Position numbers and translations under genes: made by a program
Part shown: piece by piece, positions 28,967 to 40,461 of the stretch
Layout of the letters: the number at the start of each line of letters is the position of its first letter
Numbering within the stretch: position 1 is the first letter of the stretch
Notes under the pieces: model-generated
The model's input: the letters and a program-made list of their open reading frames with translations, nothing else
Told to the model about the DNA's origin: nothing
The model's database searches: none
From: Bacteriovoracaceae bacterium
Lineage (GTDB): Bacteria; Bdellovibrionota; Bacteriovoracia; Bacteriovoracales; Bacteriovoracaceae
Direction of reading: 5' to 3'
NCBI GenBank assembly: GCA_049599895.1
Contig: JBMYPC010000008.1
Location: 1-41,443, forward strand
Length of the DNA: 41,443 nt

Positions 28967-29774
28967 TTTTTTTCCATTTCATGTTTCGCCAAAGAGAAAC
29001 AAAAGAATTAAGTCCTAGTTTTTGGAGGAGGTTGCGAACTTTCATTCTCAGTCTTCGATTTTTGAAAAAGCTTATGGCCTCATCGTTCCAAAGTTTATGA
29101 AGCTCTAAGGCCTTTTGCATTTCAATGAGACCTTTTTCTTCATGGACTTGAGAAGCTCCTCCGCCGCGCATGAAAACTAACGGTCCAAAGTCATCAAGAT
29201 AAACAGACTTATACTTTAAGGTTCCATCAATATTATAAAGTCTACAGATCCATTCAAAATCCATCGCAAGTTTGAAGTCTTCACTAAAAATTCCTATTTC
29301 ATCATAGAGAGACTTTCGAATAATCATTCCCGGATGATTGAAGGGCATTGCATAGTGAATCGGACAAAGAAGAGGACCTCTGATGTTTGAGCCAAATTCT
29401 TCATCTTCAAAATAGATATCACCATGACTAAACATCACTTCAGGGTCTTCAAAAGCTTTAAGTGATGACTCAAGAACTTTCTCGGAATAAAAATAATCAT
29501 CGGAGTTCAGAATTGTGATGAGATCCCCAGAGCTATTTTTCACACCTTTATTGAAGGCATCAGTAATACCTTTGTCAGGCTCAGAGATGACCTTGTAATT
29601 TTTGAGGCCATGCTTTTGATAGGTCTTTTCAATAAGAGAGAGAGTTTGATCATTGCTCACATTATCAACAATGATATGTTCCCAGTTCTTATAAGTTTGT
29701 GAACAAACCGATTCAATTAATCCGACGATTGTTTTCTCAGAATTAAATGTAGGTGTCACAATAGAAATGAGCAT
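28953..29774 (-). CDS. GT2 glycosyltransferase (WfgS/WcaE-like)
   Basis: SIVTPTFN, SEPDKGITDAFNKG, LNSDD, HP motifs. Confidence 0.9.
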   Translation of the reverse strand: MLISIVTPTFNSEKTIVGLIESVCSQTYKNWEHIIVDNVSNDQTLSLIEKTYQKHGLKNYKVISEPDKGITDAFNKGVKNSSGDLITILNSDDYFYSEKVLESSLKAFEDPEVMFSHGDIYFEDEEFGSNIRGPLLCPIHYAMPFNHPGMIIRKSLYDEIGIFSEDFKLAMDFEWICRLYNIDGTLKYKSVYLDDFGPLVFMRGGGASQVHEEKGLIEMQKALELHKLWNDEAISFFKNRRLRMKVRNLLQKLGLNSFVSLWRNMKWKKSESQ

Positions 29775-29799
29775 ATGAGATTTAGGTCCCTATTTAATA

Positions 29800-30909
29800 C
29801 TAACTTGTTTTAAGAAGTTCCTCAGCATTTTTTAGAACTTCATTCATATCAATTTTTTCAATACAAGGATAGGGGGACTCAAGAGGATGCTCCACGGAAC
29901 ATTGCCAATTACATTGAAAACAAGGCATTTCATGAATGACGGCCCTTGAGAGTTTTAGTGATTGCTCATCATGAAAGGGAAGAAATCTCTTATAATGCCC
30001 TCCCCCAAGAAGAGTCACACATGGGGTTTGGTAAAAGTTTGCGATATGAACAGCGCCGGTTTCATTACTAATAAGAAGCTCTGCATTTTTAATGATTTCT
30101 ATTAATTCGTGAAGAGTGGTGTCACCGACAAGATTCTTATTTGGGAATTCTTTTGAGATTTTGTCTTTGAGAGGCAATTCATCAGGACCTCCACAAAAGA
30201 GTATTTCTTTATTGGTTTTTTCATAAAGAGATTTGGCGATCTCATTGATCTTTTCAATAGGGTAGCGCCTTTTGGGATTGCTTCCTCCAATAAAAAACAC
30301 AATGGAGTTACTGTTTTCTTTTTGAGTGTCATTAGAATTAGGCTCAAGCGAAAAGTCTGAAATAATACTCTCACAAAGGCTTTGTTGTTTGAGCTGTTCA
30401 CTATCAAAAGTCTCATGGTCTTCATAAAGCTTATGGTAGAAGCGGTTAAACAAGCGATTCAGTTTCGGATGAATGTTTGTGTGATCGCCTTTTAAGCCGA
30501 CTCTATTTTTACTTGAAGGAAAAACACTTAGGTAATGGGACATAAAGGAGTTTGAGTAATGGCAATTAACAACGGTTTCAAAACCAAGACTTAAGGCTGT
30601 AAACGTTTGGATTCTTTTAGTGCGATTTGAAAAGAAGCTTTTTTCATCAGCCTCAAGAATTTCATGGCAAATGAGATTCTCTTTAATAAGTGCCGACCAA
30701 CTAGGATGAGCAAGAATTGTGATCTCGTAACCTTGTTTGTGATAGAAGTGACAAAGCTCTTTTGCATAGGGAAGCCAAAGAAAAAAGTCACCAATAAGAT
30801 CTGTCTTTACCAGAAGAACTCTCTTGGGAGCGATATTTCTAAAAAAGATTCTCTGCATGCCAAGAAACATAAAGAAGCGAAAAAAAATCAATATCTTTAA
30901 TGGCGACAC
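29800..30909 (-). CDS. GT9 glycosyltransferase (heptosyltransferase-like)
   Basis: DLIGD, KRRYP, LISNETGAVHIA and Cys-rich C-terminus (PCFQCNWQC...PCIEKI). Confidence 0.85.
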   Translation of the reverse strand: MSPLKILIFFRFFMFLGMQRIFFRNIAPKRVLLVKTDLIGDFFLWLPYAKELCHFYHKQGYEITILAHPSWSALIKENLICHEILEADEKSFFSNRTKRIQTFTALSLGFETVVNCHYSNSFMSHYLSVFPSSKNRVGLKGDHTNIHPKLNRLFNRFYHKLYEDHETFDSEQLKQQSLCESIISDFSLEPNSNDTQKENSNSIVFFIGGSNPKRRYPIEKINEIAKSLYEKTNKEILFCGGPDELPLKDKISKEFPNKNLVGDTTLHELIEIIKNAELLISNETGAVHIANFYQTPCVTLLGGGHYKRFLPFHDEQSLKLSRAVIHEMPCFQCNWQCSVEHPLESPYPCIEKIDMNEVLKNAEELLKTS

Positions 30910-30915
30910 AGCTTT

Positions 30916-31614
30916 TTAATTCTTTTTTGCTACTGAATAAAAAACGGGAGTCAGTATGGTTGGATTAATGTTACCGTTGATCGCTCTCGTGAAACGAACC
31001 CACTTCCAAAAGAAAAAGCGAAGACACTTTTTTATAGTTTCTTTAAAGTTTCCTTGTGTGAATCCTTCAAAAGCATGAAATTCAAATTCATTGAATCCTC
31101 CCACTTGAAGAACTTGGGCGAGACTGTGCTCGATAAAGCCTGAAACATGAGTGAAGTCGTTATGGTGTTGAAGCTGCCCGTCTGGGGCTTGAAGATTGGG
31201 AACTTGAACAATCAGTTTTCCACCTGGCTTGAGGGCCTTGTGTAAGGCCTTCACAAAATCGATTGTATGGTCTCTTGGAACATGCTCAAGAACATCTAAA
31301 AGTGTGATCACATCAAACTGATTCTCATGATTAAGAAGCCAAGTTGCCGTGTCTTCAACGAGCTCACAGCTGAGGTCAATACTCTTACAGTATTTGATTG
31401 TACTGGGAGAGATATCAATTCCATGATAATCATGACCCCATCTTTTCATGGAGCTCAACATTTCTCCTCGTCCAATTCCAATATCGAGAACTTTTGCGTT
31501 TTGCTTTGGAAAAATGGGAAGATAATTATGATCAAATTGGTGAAATTTAAACTCAGCTTGTTTAAATTCTCCAAAGGCATTCTCAACATAAGAATCAAAA
31601 ATTTGTTCACTCAT
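30916..31614 (-). CDS. Class I SAM-dependent methyltransferase
   Basis: VLDIGIGRG, GIDIS, DVLEHV, LKPGG, VPN...DFTH. Confidence 0.88.
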   Translation of the reverse strand: MSEQIFDSYVENAFGEFKQAEFKFHQFDHNYLPIFPKQNAKVLDIGIGRGEMLSSMKRWGHDYHGIDISPSTIKYCKSIDLSCELVEDTATWLLNHENQFDVITLLDVLEHVPRDHTIDFVKALHKALKPGGKLIVQVPNLQAPDGQLQHHNDFTHVSGFIEHSLAQVLQVGGFNEFEFHAFEGFTQGNFKETIKKCLRFFFWKWVRFTRAINGNINPTILTPVFYSVAKKN

Positions 31615-31625
31615 AGTTTTCTCTA

Positions 31626-32564
31626 TTATTTATAAAGCCCTAGCTTTCTTAGAATCTTTTTATGTATTCCTAATTTACGGTATTCAACCCTACTTCTCAA
31701 GTTTTCAAGCTCAGCTTCGGGAGACTCACTTTCAGGGTAAAGAAGGGGAAATTCCAAGGTCTGGCTTGCATTCTCTTGGTAATTCAAGGCCTTATGGGTG
31801 TGGGTTCCTGAATGATCAAGACCTATATTTTCAATTTGGTTTTTAACAGGAATTGCAGTGAGAAGATCATGTTGAAAGCACATATAAGTGATTTGAGCAT
31901 CCCAAGTGTCAATTTCACCATTGTAGACATTCTCAAAATGAGATTTCCAAAAAGCTGTTTCTTCAGAATGCTTCGAATACTTTTTGATAATCTGATCACC
32001 GATCTTGGGAAATTCTTTCATTGAGACATCATAAAGATTCCAAACTCGTTTCCAAGTTGCCCAGCCCCAGATATGAGGATAGTGAGAGAAGTAAAAACTT
32101 TCTTTTTGATCTTGCTCATTTGAAAGAGGATTATAACCGGCGATGAGACCGATACTTGGGTTCGTTTCATAATGCTCGAGTAGCTCTTCACAATAGGAAA
32201 AGAAACTAGGAGCTGGAAGACAATCATCTTCAAGGAAGATGGCCCATTTTTCTCTTTCAAAGACAAAGTCGATTCCGCTTGAGATTCTCTTTTTGCAACC
32301 AAGGTTCTGATTACTTACTTCCTTAATGAGCTCAACCTTGGGATGATCTTTAAGGGCTGACTCAACAAGCCCAAGAATTTCTTTTCGAGCACTTTGATCA
32401 TTTTCATTTTCCTTTCTTGCACCATCCATAACGAGATAGAGTTTTCGAGGAGATTGCTTAAGAATCTCATGGAGAACTTTCTTCGTTTTTTCTGGTCTGT
32501 TGAAGGCAAAAAGGGCGATGGGGATATCAAAGGCCCGGGTGCTTTCAGATTGGTCTTCTGTCAT
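31626..32564 (-). CDS. GT-A nucleotide-diphospho-sugar transferase (HlpA-like)
   Basis: FNRP, NLGC, IFLEDDC, WGWATW, TWD, NIG motifs. Confidence 0.85.
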   Translation of the reverse strand: MTEDQSESTRAFDIPIALFAFNRPEKTKKVLHEILKQSPRKLYLVMDGARKENENDQSARKEILGLVESALKDHPKVELIKEVSNQNLGCKKRISSGIDFVFEREKWAIFLEDDCLPAPSFFSYCEELLEHYETNPSIGLIAGYNPLSNEQDQKESFYFSHYPHIWGWATWKRVWNLYDVSMKEFPKIGDQIIKKYSKHSEETAFWKSHFENVYNGEIDTWDAQITYMCFQHDLLTAIPVKNQIENIGLDHSGTHTHKALNYQENASQTLEFPLLYPESESPEAELENLRSRVEYRKLGIHKKILRKLGLYK

Positions 32565-32610
32565 AAAAGGATGATAAACTGCTAGGGATTAATCGTTAAA
32601 TCAAAACTTT

Positions 32611-33942
32611 ATGAAAAAGAACGAATTTAAAAATATGCTCAAATTTATCCGAGAATCTCGGACATTTACCGCGTATTTTCACAACACCGGCTGGATTTTT
32701 GCTGAGAAAGTCCTAAGACTCTTTTTCTCATTTGCCGTGGGAATATATGTTGCGCGTTATTTAGGGCCAAATGATTTTGGTGTACTGAGTTTTGTTTTAA
32801 GTCTTGTGATGATTGGACTTCCTGTGTCAAACCTAGGCCTTGATACGGTTCTTGTTAAAGAATTTGTGAAAAAAGAAAGATCTCATCAAGAGATTATTGG
32901 AACCGGACTGTTTCTTAGGTTTGCTGCCACTGTACTGGTTAATGTGATCTTGTTTGCCATTTATAAGAGTCATCTCTATCAAGGTGAAATCGAGCAAAAT
33001 CTCTTGTTTGTTTTGATTGCAGCTAACTTCTTTCAAGTTTCAAATGTCTTTGATTTTTATTTTCAAAGTCAGGTCAAAGCGAAATTTACATCTATCGCAA
33101 TTGCAAGCTCTGTTTTTATAAGTTCCCTTTTTAGGCTTTACGGTATTCTTACTCAAAAAGACCTTATGTTTTTTGGTTATAGTTTCATTGTTGAGTTTGG
33201 AGTTCTTGGTCTTATTCTTCTTTACTTTGCTCTTAAGCTTGATGTTTTTAAAACAGCTCTACGCCTTAATAAAGGTTATATGAAGTCCCTTCTTAAAGAA
33301 TGTTGGCCATTAATTTTAAGTGGGGCTTTGATTTCTATTTATATGAAAATTGATCAAGTGATGCTGAAAAGTTTGCTTGATACTAGATCGGTAGGAAATT
33401 ACTCCGCAGCAGTTAAGATCAGTGAGTTTTGGTATGTCATCCCTATGACAATTGGAACCAGTCTTTTTCCCTTGATGACCAAGAATTATCACGAAAACCT
33501 AGATCTCTACATGCATCGGTTAAAAGTCATTATGGGGATTTGTTTTTGGAGTTTTTTAATTCTCGCAATCGGTCTTCATCTCTTTTCAGAGTTGATCATT
33601 TCACTTCTCTTTGGAAATGATTACACGATGGCACATGAAGCTTTAAGAATTCATGGATATGCAGGCATCATCACCAGTATGAGTATTTTCTTTTCTCAAA
33701 AGTTTATTCTCGATCAAAAAACAAAAATTTATTTTGTGGGGACTCTCTTTGGGGCCATTGCCAACGTTGGTTTAAACTTATGGCTGATCCCTTTGTCTGG
33801 CATTTCTGGAGCAGCATGGGCAACAGTGATCAGTTATGGGATTCCAACAATCGTTGTGAGTATTCTCTATGATAAAGAAATTGGACTGACTTATATAAGG
33901 TCGGTTTTTTATCTTCTTAAGGCGAAACGATTTAAATCTTAA
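32611..33942 (+). CDS. wzx: Wzx-type polysaccharide flippase
   Basis: [50 protein letters not shown]; polytopic membrane protein. Confidence 0.9.
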   Translation: MKKNEFKNMLKFIRESRTFTAYFHNTGWIFAEKVLRLFFSFAVGIYVARYLGPNDFGVLSFVLSLVMIGLPVSNLGLDTVLVKEFVKKERSHQEIIGTGLFLRFAATVLVNVILFAIYKSHLYQGEIEQNLLFVLIAANFFQVSNVFDFYFQSQVKAKFTSIAIASSVFISSLFRLYGILTQKDLMFFGYSFIVEFGVLGLILLYFALKLDVFKTALRLNKGYMKSLLKECWPLILSGALISIYMKIDQVMLKSLLDTRSVGNYSAAVKISEFWYVIPMTIGTSLFPLMTKNYHENLDLYMHRLKVIMGICFWSFLILAIGLHLFSELIISLLFGNDYTMAHEALRIHGYAGIITSMSIFFSQKFILDQKTKIYFVGTLFGAIANVGLNLWLIPLSGISGAAWATVISYGIPTIVVSILYDKEIGLTYIRSVFYLLKAKRFKS

Positions 33943-34880
33943 GAGTCTTTTCTTAAATTCTCGTTGCTTAAAAAGTCTTGATAGCTAAGTCTTAGTCCCT
34001 CTTTAAGTTCAGTTTTATAACTCCAACCAAGCTCTTTAAGCTTTGTCACATCGAGAAGCTTTCTTGGAGTTCCATCAGGTTTTGAAGTATCAAATTCAAG
34101 CTCAGCTTCAAGTCCTACGACTTTTTTAATGGTCTCTGCAAGCTCTCGAATAGAGCAGTCTACACCTGAGCCGATATTAATAAACTCACCAATATCGTTT
34201 GCTGAATGGTTTTCCATTAAATAGACACAAGCATCTGCAAGGTCTCCCGAGTAGAGGAACTCTCTTTTTGGGGTGCCAGTTCCCCAGACCACAACCTTTT
34301 CATCTCCATTAATTTTCGCTTCATGAAAGCGGCGTAGGAGCATAGGGATAACGTGAGCATATTGAGAATGGTAGTTATCATTTTCGCCATAAAGATTAGT
34401 GGGCATGACACTAATAAAATTTGTCCCATGCTGCTTATTCATGGCCGCCGACAATTTAATTCCTGTTATCTTCGCCAGTGCATAGGGCTCATTTGTGGGT
34501 TCGAGCTCAGAAGTTAAAAGATATTCTTCTTTAATGGGTTGAGGAGAGTGTTTTGGGTAAATACAACTTGAACCGAGAAAAAGAAGTTTTCCTGTATTGT
34601 GTTTTAGGGCCGCTTCAAGAACATTGTTTTGAATTTTGAGGTTTTCAAGAAGAAAGTCTACGGGAAAAGTTCGATTGCCATGAATTCCTCCAACCTTAGC
34701 GGCTGCGAGGAAAACCCAATCAGGTTTATTTGTCTCAAAATATTGATCAACTGCTTCAGCGTTCAAAAGATCTAATTCTTTTCGATCTGCAGTGAGAAGT
34801 TGGTATTTTGAGTCTGTTTCAAGCCTTTTGACGATGGCCGAGCCAACTAAACCCTTGTGCCCTGCGATAAAAACCTTCAA
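33939..34880 (-). CDS. fcl: GDP-L-fucose synthase
   Basis: [48 protein letters not shown] start. Confidence 0.95.
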   Translation of the reverse strand: MKVFIAGHKGLVGSAIVKRLETDSKYQLLTADRKELDLLNAEAVDQYFETNKPDWVFLAAAKVGGIHGNRTFPVDFLLENLKIQNNVLEAALKHNTGKLLFLGSSCIYPKHSPQPIKEEYLLTSELEPTNEPYALAKITGIKLSAAMNKQHGTNFISVMPTNLYGENDNYHSQYAHVIPMLLRRFHEAKINGDEKVVVWGTGTPKREFLYSGDLADACVYLMENHSANDIGEFINIGSGVDCSIRELAETIKKVVGLEAELEFDTSKPDGTPRKLLDVTKLKELGWSYKTELKEGLRLSYQDFLSNENLRKDS

Positions 34881-34959
34881 TTATTGTCCTTGTCGTTGTT
34901 CAATCTGTTGAAAATAAGATAAAAAAGATTCTTCAGAATGACAAAACTAGGCATAAATT

Positions 34960-36030
34960 ATGGCGAAAAAAGCGTTAATCACTGGAACTACAGGTCAAGA
35001 CGGAGCTTACCTTGCAGAATTTCTTTTAAAGAAGGGCTACGAAGTTCACGGGATCAAGCGAAGAAGTTCAAGTTTTAATACCGCTCGAGTTGATCACCTC
35101 TATGTCGATCCTCACATGGAAGGAAATTTTAGGCTTCATTATGGAGACCTTACTGACTCAACTAATCTTATTCGTCTGGTTCAGTCGATTCAGCCTGATG
35201 AAATTTATAACCTTGGGGCCATGAGCCACGTTAAAGTCTCTTTTGATACACCAGAGTACACAGCTGAAGTTGATGGGGTAGGGACTTTGAGACTTCTTGA
35301 GGCAATAAGGATTTGTGGTTTAGAAAAAACTTGCAGGTTTTATCAAGCTTCAACTTCTGAGCTTTATGGACTTGTTCAAGAGACTCCACAAAAAGAAACC
35401 ACGCCTTTTTATCCAAGATCTCCTTATGGAGTCGCTAAACTCTATGCTTATTGGATCACGGTTAATTATCGTGAGTCTTACGATATGTTTGCTTGTAACG
35501 GAATTCTTTTTAATCATGAATCTCCACTTAGAGGAGAAACTTTCGTTACTCGAAAAATTACTATGGCCGTAGCCGCAATCAAGCTTGGTCTTCAGAAATG
35601 TCTTTATCTTGGAAACCTTGATGCCAAAAGGGATTGGGGTTATGCACCTGAATACGTTGAAGGAATGTGGCGAATGCTTCAAGCGGACACTCCCGAAGAC
35701 TTTGTTCTTGCAACTGGTGAAATGACATCGGTAAGAGATTTTGTAGAAATGAGTTTTTCTCATGTAGGAATTGAAATTGATTGGAAAGGGAAGCCTGGAA
35801 CTGAAGAAGAAGTAGGGATCTGTCGAAAGACTGGAAATGAACTTGTCAAAGTGGATCCTCGTTATTACCGCCCAGCTGAAGTAGACCTTTTAATTGGGGA
35901 TCCAAGTAAGGCTAAAGAAAAATTAGGTTGGGAGCCTAAGACGAAAGTCAAAGAGCTTTGTAAGATAATGGTCGAAAGTGACTTAAAGATGGTTGAAAAG
36001 AATGGTTCTTGGAATAATCGACAAGCTTAA
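34960..36030 (+). CDS. gmd: GDP-mannose 4,6-dehydratase
   Basis: [39 protein letters not shown]. Confidence 0.96.
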   Translation: MAKKALITGTTGQDGAYLAEFLLKKGYEVHGIKRRSSSFNTARVDHLYVDPHMEGNFRLHYGDLTDSTNLIRLVQSIQPDEIYNLGAMSHVKVSFDTPEYTAEVDGVGTLRLLEAIRICGLEKTCRFYQASTSELYGLVQETPQKETTPFYPRSPYGVAKLYAYWITVNYRESYDMFACNGILFNHESPLRGETFVTRKITMAVAAIKLGLQKCLYLGNLDAKRDWGYAPEYVEGMWRMLQADTPEDFVLATGEMTSVRDFVEMSFSHVGIEIDWKGKPGTEEEVGICRKTGNELVKVDPRYYRPAEVDLLIGDPSKAKEKLGWEPKTKVKELCKIMVESDLKMVEKNGSWNNRQA

Positions 36031-37891
36031 ATTATGGCAAAGGTCTTTATTGGCCGTTGTTTATGATTTTCTCTCAGCGGGGATTGCTTTTTATCTCTCC
36101 CTTGCTTTTCGTTATGATTCTTTTGTTCTTGGAAAAATCCAAGCCGATATCTTCTTAAAATCAATCGCCATCGTCATGGTGACCCAGACAATTGTGTTTT
36201 ATTTCTGCGGACTCTATCGAGGAATCTGGAGATTCTCCAGTACTCCAGATCTTTTAAGAGTCATTAAAGGTGTGAGCGCCGCGGTTATCTGTAGTACCTT
36301 TGCCCTTTTTCTTATTACTCGATTAGCTGAAATCCCAAGGTCTTCATTTTTTATTGATTGGCTAATGCTCATTATCCTTCTTGGTGGAGGAAGATTTTCT
36401 TATCGTATGATGCGTGACCATGCCACTTACAATGCAAATTCAAAAGATTTCCCAAAGACATTAATTGTCGGTGCCGGTGGAGCAGGGGACAAACTCTTTC
36501 GCGAGATCCGAACCAATCCTGATATTTCTTTATTAGTTGAAGGATTTCTCGATGACGATCCTTTTAAAAGAAAAAAGTTGATCAATGGAATTCCTGTTCT
36601 TGGAAAGTTAGAAGACCTTGCTGATGTCATTAAGCAGCGCGAGATTAAAAAAGTTTTTATCGCCATCCCAAGTCTTAAGAGTCAAGGGATTCGAAATATT
36701 ATTAAGCAATGTGAAGGTCTTGAAATTGATCTTCTCACTTTGCCAAAAATGTCAGACATCATTGATGGCAATCTTGCTTTTTCTCAACTCAGAAGAGTTG
36801 GGCCTGAAGATCTTCTGGGTCGAAATGAAGTTAAGCTCGACAACAACAGTCTTGGTGAACTAATCGAACAAAGAAGTGTCCTCGTCTCCGGAGCAGGTGG
36901 TTCGATTGGATCAGAACTTTGCAGACAGATCCTTCCTTTCAATCCCGCTAAAATTATTTTATTTGAGCAATCTGAGTTCAACCTCTTTCAACTTGAAAGA
37001 GATCTTCGTGCTGAATTTCCAGAAGCAAAGATTGTTCCTTTGATTGGAGATATTAGGGACTCTCAAAGAGTCGAGATGGCCTTTGATCAGTTTAGGCCTG
37101 AAGTTGTTTTCCATGCCGCTGCTTATAAGCATGTTCCGATGATGGAGTTTAATTGTATTGAAGCGATTCAAACCAATATCAAGGGAACTCACAATCTTGC
37201 TTCCATTGCAAAGAAGTATAATGTTGGTCGATTTGTGATGATCTCAACGGATAAAGCTGTGAACCCAACAAATGTTATGGGGGCATCGAAAAGAGCCGCT
37301 GAGATGGTCATTCAAATGATGGCCAAAGACAAAGAGAGCCAAACTCGTTTTATGACAGTTCGTTTTGGAAATGTTCTTGGAAGCTCTGGTTCTGTGATTC
37401 CTATTTTTCAAAAACAAATTGAAGAAGGTGGTCCTGTTACAGTGACTCATCCTGAAGTTCAAAGATATTTTATGACTATCCCTGAGGCCTGCCAGTTAGT
37501 TGTTCAGGCTGGTGCACTAGGCGTTGGTGGCGAAATTTTTGTTCTTGATATGGGAAGTCCGGTTCGTATTGTGGACCTTGCAAGGGAGCTTATTTCATTA
37601 AGCGGATTGAAAGTAGGCGAGGATATTGAGATTCAGTTTACAGGTCTTAGACCTGGTGAAAAGCTTTACGAAGAAATTTTCTTTGAAGGAGAGGGAATCC
37701 TTTCAACTCCTCACCCACTAGTTAAAGTTGCTGCAGCCTCAGAACTTCCTCAAGGTTTTGATGGTTCTCTTAATGCTCTTGTGACGTTGCCTGTGAGTTC
37801 TTCTAATGCTGTCATTAAGCAATACCTTGAAAACCTTGTAAAAGAATATAATCCTTCAAAAGAGGCGACTGATCGTTCTATCGTTCAATAG
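36002..37891 (+). CDS. Membrane-bound UDP-GlcNAc 4,6-dehydratase (CapD/PglF/WbpM family)
   Basis: Four TM helices, [49 protein letters not shown]; start ATG 36002 or TTG 35993. Confidence 0.93.
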   Translation: MVLGIIDKLKLWQRSLLAVVYDFLSAGIAFYLSLAFRYDSFVLGKIQADIFLKSIAIVMVTQTIVFYFCGLYRGIWRFSSTPDLLRVIKGVSAAVICSTFALFLITRLAEIPRSSFFIDWLMLIILLGGGRFSYRMMRDHATYNANSKDFPKTLIVGAGGAGDKLFREIRTNPDISLLVEGFLDDDPFKRKKLINGIPVLGKLEDLADVIKQREIKKVFIAIPSLKSQGIRNIIKQCEGLEIDLLTLPKMSDIIDGNLAFSQLRRVGPEDLLGRNEVKLDNNSLGELIEQRSVLVSGAGGSIGSELCRQILPFNPAKIILFEQSEFNLFQLERDLRAEFPEAKIVPLIGDIRDSQRVEMAFDQFRPEVVFHAAAYKHVPMMEFNCIEAIQTNIKGTHNLASIAKKYNVGRFVMISTDKAVNPTNVMGASKRAAEMVIQMMAKDKESQTRFMTVRFGNVLGSSGSVIPIFQKQIEEGGPVTVTHPEVQRYFMTIPEACQLVVQAGALGVGGEIFVLDMGSPVRIVDLARELISLSGLKVGEDIEIQFTGLRPGEKLYEEIFFEGEGILSTPHPLVKVAAASELPQGFDGSLNALVTLPVSSSNAVIKQYLENLVKEYNPSKEATDRSIVQ

Positions 37892-37892
37892 G

Positions 37893-37950
37893 CTGAAAAC
37901 GACTGAGTTTTCAGGCGCCGCAGGCGAATAGGAAGCGTCAGCGCCCGGTG
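37893..37950. repeat. GC-rich palindromic intergenic element (REP-like)
   Basis: CTGAAAAC-gactga-GTTTTCAG hairpin, CGCC-gca-GGCG mini-hairpin, then GAAGCGTCAGCGCCCGG in an AT-rich context. Confidence 0.45.
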
Positions 37951-37994
37951 TTTACGAAGTTGATTATTTAAAGTTTAAATTAGTAAGACGATAT

Positions 37995-39098
37995 ATGACA
38001 AACCTTAGAGATTTTCTAAAAAAACATAACTGGGGACGAAACCAAGAGTTCCCGATTCTTGTTATTCTAATCCTGACAATGATCGGTCTTTATTTTCTTC
38101 CCTATAATTTTGGCTCATTTAAAATTATTGGACCTTTTTGCTTATTAGGCTTTTCTTTTAATTACAAAAATATCCTAGAAAAAATGAGATCCCCGTTTCA
38201 TATAGGTCTATCAGTTTTTACTATTGTGATGGCCCTCATGACAAAAGAGCCTTCTTTTATTGGAACAAGTCTTATTATGCTTATGCTCTATTTTAATGGG
38301 CTAAAAAAGATTCAAATAAACTCTAAAATAGCCCATGCTTTTTCGGTCCTTCTTCTTTTAAGCTGTGCTTTCCAACTTATTAAGACAAATGGAGCTGGAA
38401 GACCGACGCTCTTTGTGGGAGATCCCAACTTTACGGGAATGTATCTCATCTTACTTCTTTGGTTTTTCTTTCAACTCAAAGTCTATTATGGACAGGGTCT
38501 GATTATTGCCTCAAGTACTTTTCTTTTAAGCCGAGCCTTTCTTTATACCAAAGTCATCTTTTATGGATTGGCGCTATTAAAAAGAGTTTTTAAAAGGTCT
38601 TTACCATACCGATTTGATGTCATTTCTCTTTTATCTAACTTGGCATTTATTGGTATTAGCCTGGCGCTCTTTGATAATGAAGCTGGGCGAGAAAAATATG
38701 CTGAAGGGGCCTCTCGATTGCAGCTTAAAATTGATATGAGTGTTCATCATCGATTTGAAATTGTGAACTTCTATGTCGCCCATATCCTTGAGAACTGGAA
38801 AGATTTCTTTTTGGGGATCCCTAATTATGAACAACTCTTTAGAAGTCATCTTAATCAAGGGATTCTTCACAATTCGATTCTTTCTCCCATTGCGAGATTT
38901 GGCTTTTTAGGATTCTTGCCGACTCTTTATTTCTTGCAGAAGTTTTTTCATCAGATCATCAATGAGTTTAAGAGAGGCTATATTATTGAGATGCTTTTTG
39001 CCTGGGCTTTTATGGGTCTATTTATTCATGGTTTTCTAGAAACCTATTTGATTTTGTTTTTTATAGTTCTTCTTTGTGTTGAACGAAGAAAGTCATGA
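37995..39098 (+). CDS. O-antigen polymerase/ligase-like membrane protein (Wzy/WaaL superfamily)
   Basis: Polytopic; R....DPN, SRA, S...R and LHNS.L....RFG..G motifs of Wzy_C-type proteins. Confidence 0.7.
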   Translation: MTNLRDFLKKHNWGRNQEFPILVILILTMIGLYFLPYNFGSFKIIGPFCLLGFSFNYKNILEKMRSPFHIGLSVFTIVMALMTKEPSFIGTSLIMLMLYFNGLKKIQINSKIAHAFSVLLLLSCAFQLIKTNGAGRPTLFVGDPNFTGMYLILLLWFFFQLKVYYGQGLIIASSTFLLSRAFLYTKVIFYGLALLKRVFKRSLPYRFDVISLLSNLAFIGISLALFDNEAGREKYAEGASRLQLKIDMSVHHRFEIVNFYVAHILENWKDFFLGIPNYEQLFRSHLNQGILHNSILSPIARFGFLGFLPTLYFLQKFFHQIINEFKRGYIIEMLFAWAFMGLFIHGFLETYLILFFIVLLCVERRKS

Positions 39099-39864
39099 GA
39101 TTTTTAATTTCAACAATCTTTTTTTAGTGAACTCTTGTTCTTCTTTATCAGAAACTTAAAGTTTTGAGCCTTAATGTTTTTGATCAGCAACAAGGGGGTT
39201 GGGTAGAAAGTTTTAGGCAAAAAGACTAGAGGTCTTGTCTTTAGAGCTCGATAGAATAAGCGATATTGATATGGTCTTCCTCCAAGAATCTCAAGGGACA
39301 AAAAAACTAAATGGATATCCTCATATTTACTATTCACATGAATCAACAAAAAGGGATGGATTCTCGTATGGGTACTTAATTGCATCGAAGATACAGCCTA
39401 AAAATATGGACAATTCCTTTTCATTTTTGTAGGGGGGGAGCAAGAGAATTATGCAGTTGTCTCTTTGGAATTTTAAGTCTGGAAAATGTCTTGGAGTGAT
39501 TAATCTTCATCTTAGTTGGCAGTCAAGTATCGTACGTCAGAAAGAAACTGAGATGATTATCGAGAGAGTCAATAAATTGAAGAAAGTTTGTTCAAAATGG
39601 CTTATTGCTGGTGACTTCAATGGAGATGAGAATAGTGATGAGATGAAGCTATTTTTCGAGAAAGCCTTCATCGTTTACCGCTTAAGCCAACAGTTGGCCC
39701 GTACAATCCAATACGATCAATTTATGGAAAGATTAAAAATCAAACAATTGACAAGGCATTAGGAAAGAATGTCAATGCCGAAGCTGAGGTTGTTCTTGAT
39801 GAAAAAAAACGAAGAAGGAATTTGGATTTCAGATCATGCAGGTGTTTTGGTTACGTTTTTCTAA
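39095..39864 (+). pseudogene. Fragmented EEP-family lipoprotein gene
   Basis: Motifs appear in order across changing frames: LVNSC lipobox, KVLSLNV, DMVFLQE, INLHL, IAGDFN, TID, ISDH, with about five frameshifts and an in-frame TAG at 39430-39432. Confidence 0.8.
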
Positions 39865-39878
39865 AAGAGAGTCCTAGT

Positions 39879-40454
39879 TCAGTGTGAAATATCTTTTCTC
39901 AAAAGAACTTTATAAATGGTGAGACAGATAATCTTAAGATCAAAGAAGAAAGATTTATTTTCAAAATAATAGCGATCAAATTCAACCTTTTGAGGGATGG
40001 GAAGTTCATCTCGTCCTTTGATTTGGGCGTAACCAGTGATTCCTGGTGGGATTGTATGAACTTGAGAATCCGTTCTTAGTTCTTTAAGGTCATCTTGGTT
40101 AAAAAGTGCAGGCCTTGGTCCAACAATCGACATATCCCCTTTAAGGACAGAGATAAATTGAGGAAGTTCATCAAGACTTGATTTTCTTAAGAATCCACCA
40201 ATAGGACTTAAAAAACTCTGACCATCTTTAAGAAGATGAGTGGGTAATGCCGGAGTGTCAATTCTCATAGAGCGAAATTTAGGCATCATAAAGTTTTGAT
40301 TGTTTTTGCCAATGCGTTCAGACCAGTAAAGAGCAGGGCCTTTACTTGTAAGGCGGATCGCCAGAGCAGTTAAGAGCATCACTGGAAAGAAAAGAATAAG
40401 AAAGCTTAAAGCAAAGAGGATATCGAAAAGTCTTTTGAGAATGGGATACATCAT
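39879..40454 (-). CDS. Small monotopic phosphoglycosyl transferase (PglC-like)
   Basis: KRLFD, KFRSM, SLDELPQ, GDMSIVGPRP, PGITGYAQ; start taken at ATG 40454. Confidence 0.92.
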   Translation of the reverse strand: MMYPILKRLFDILFALSFLILFFPVMLLTALAIRLTSKGPALYWSERIGKNNQNFMMPKFRSMRIDTPALPTHLLKDGQSFLSPIGGFLRKSSLDELPQFISVLKGDMSIVGPRPALFNQDDLKELRTDSQVHTIPPGITGYAQIKGRDELPIPQKVEFDRYYFENKSFFFDLKIICLTIYKVLLRKDISH

Positions 40455-40461
40455 AAGACCC

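Noticed and set aside
39110..39385. 91-aa minus-strand ORF
   Set aside because: Antisense to the EEP pseudogene, which explains the region better.
39432..39438. G7 run as a phase-variation switch
   Set aside because: The gene has many other lesions, so slippage here could not restore it.
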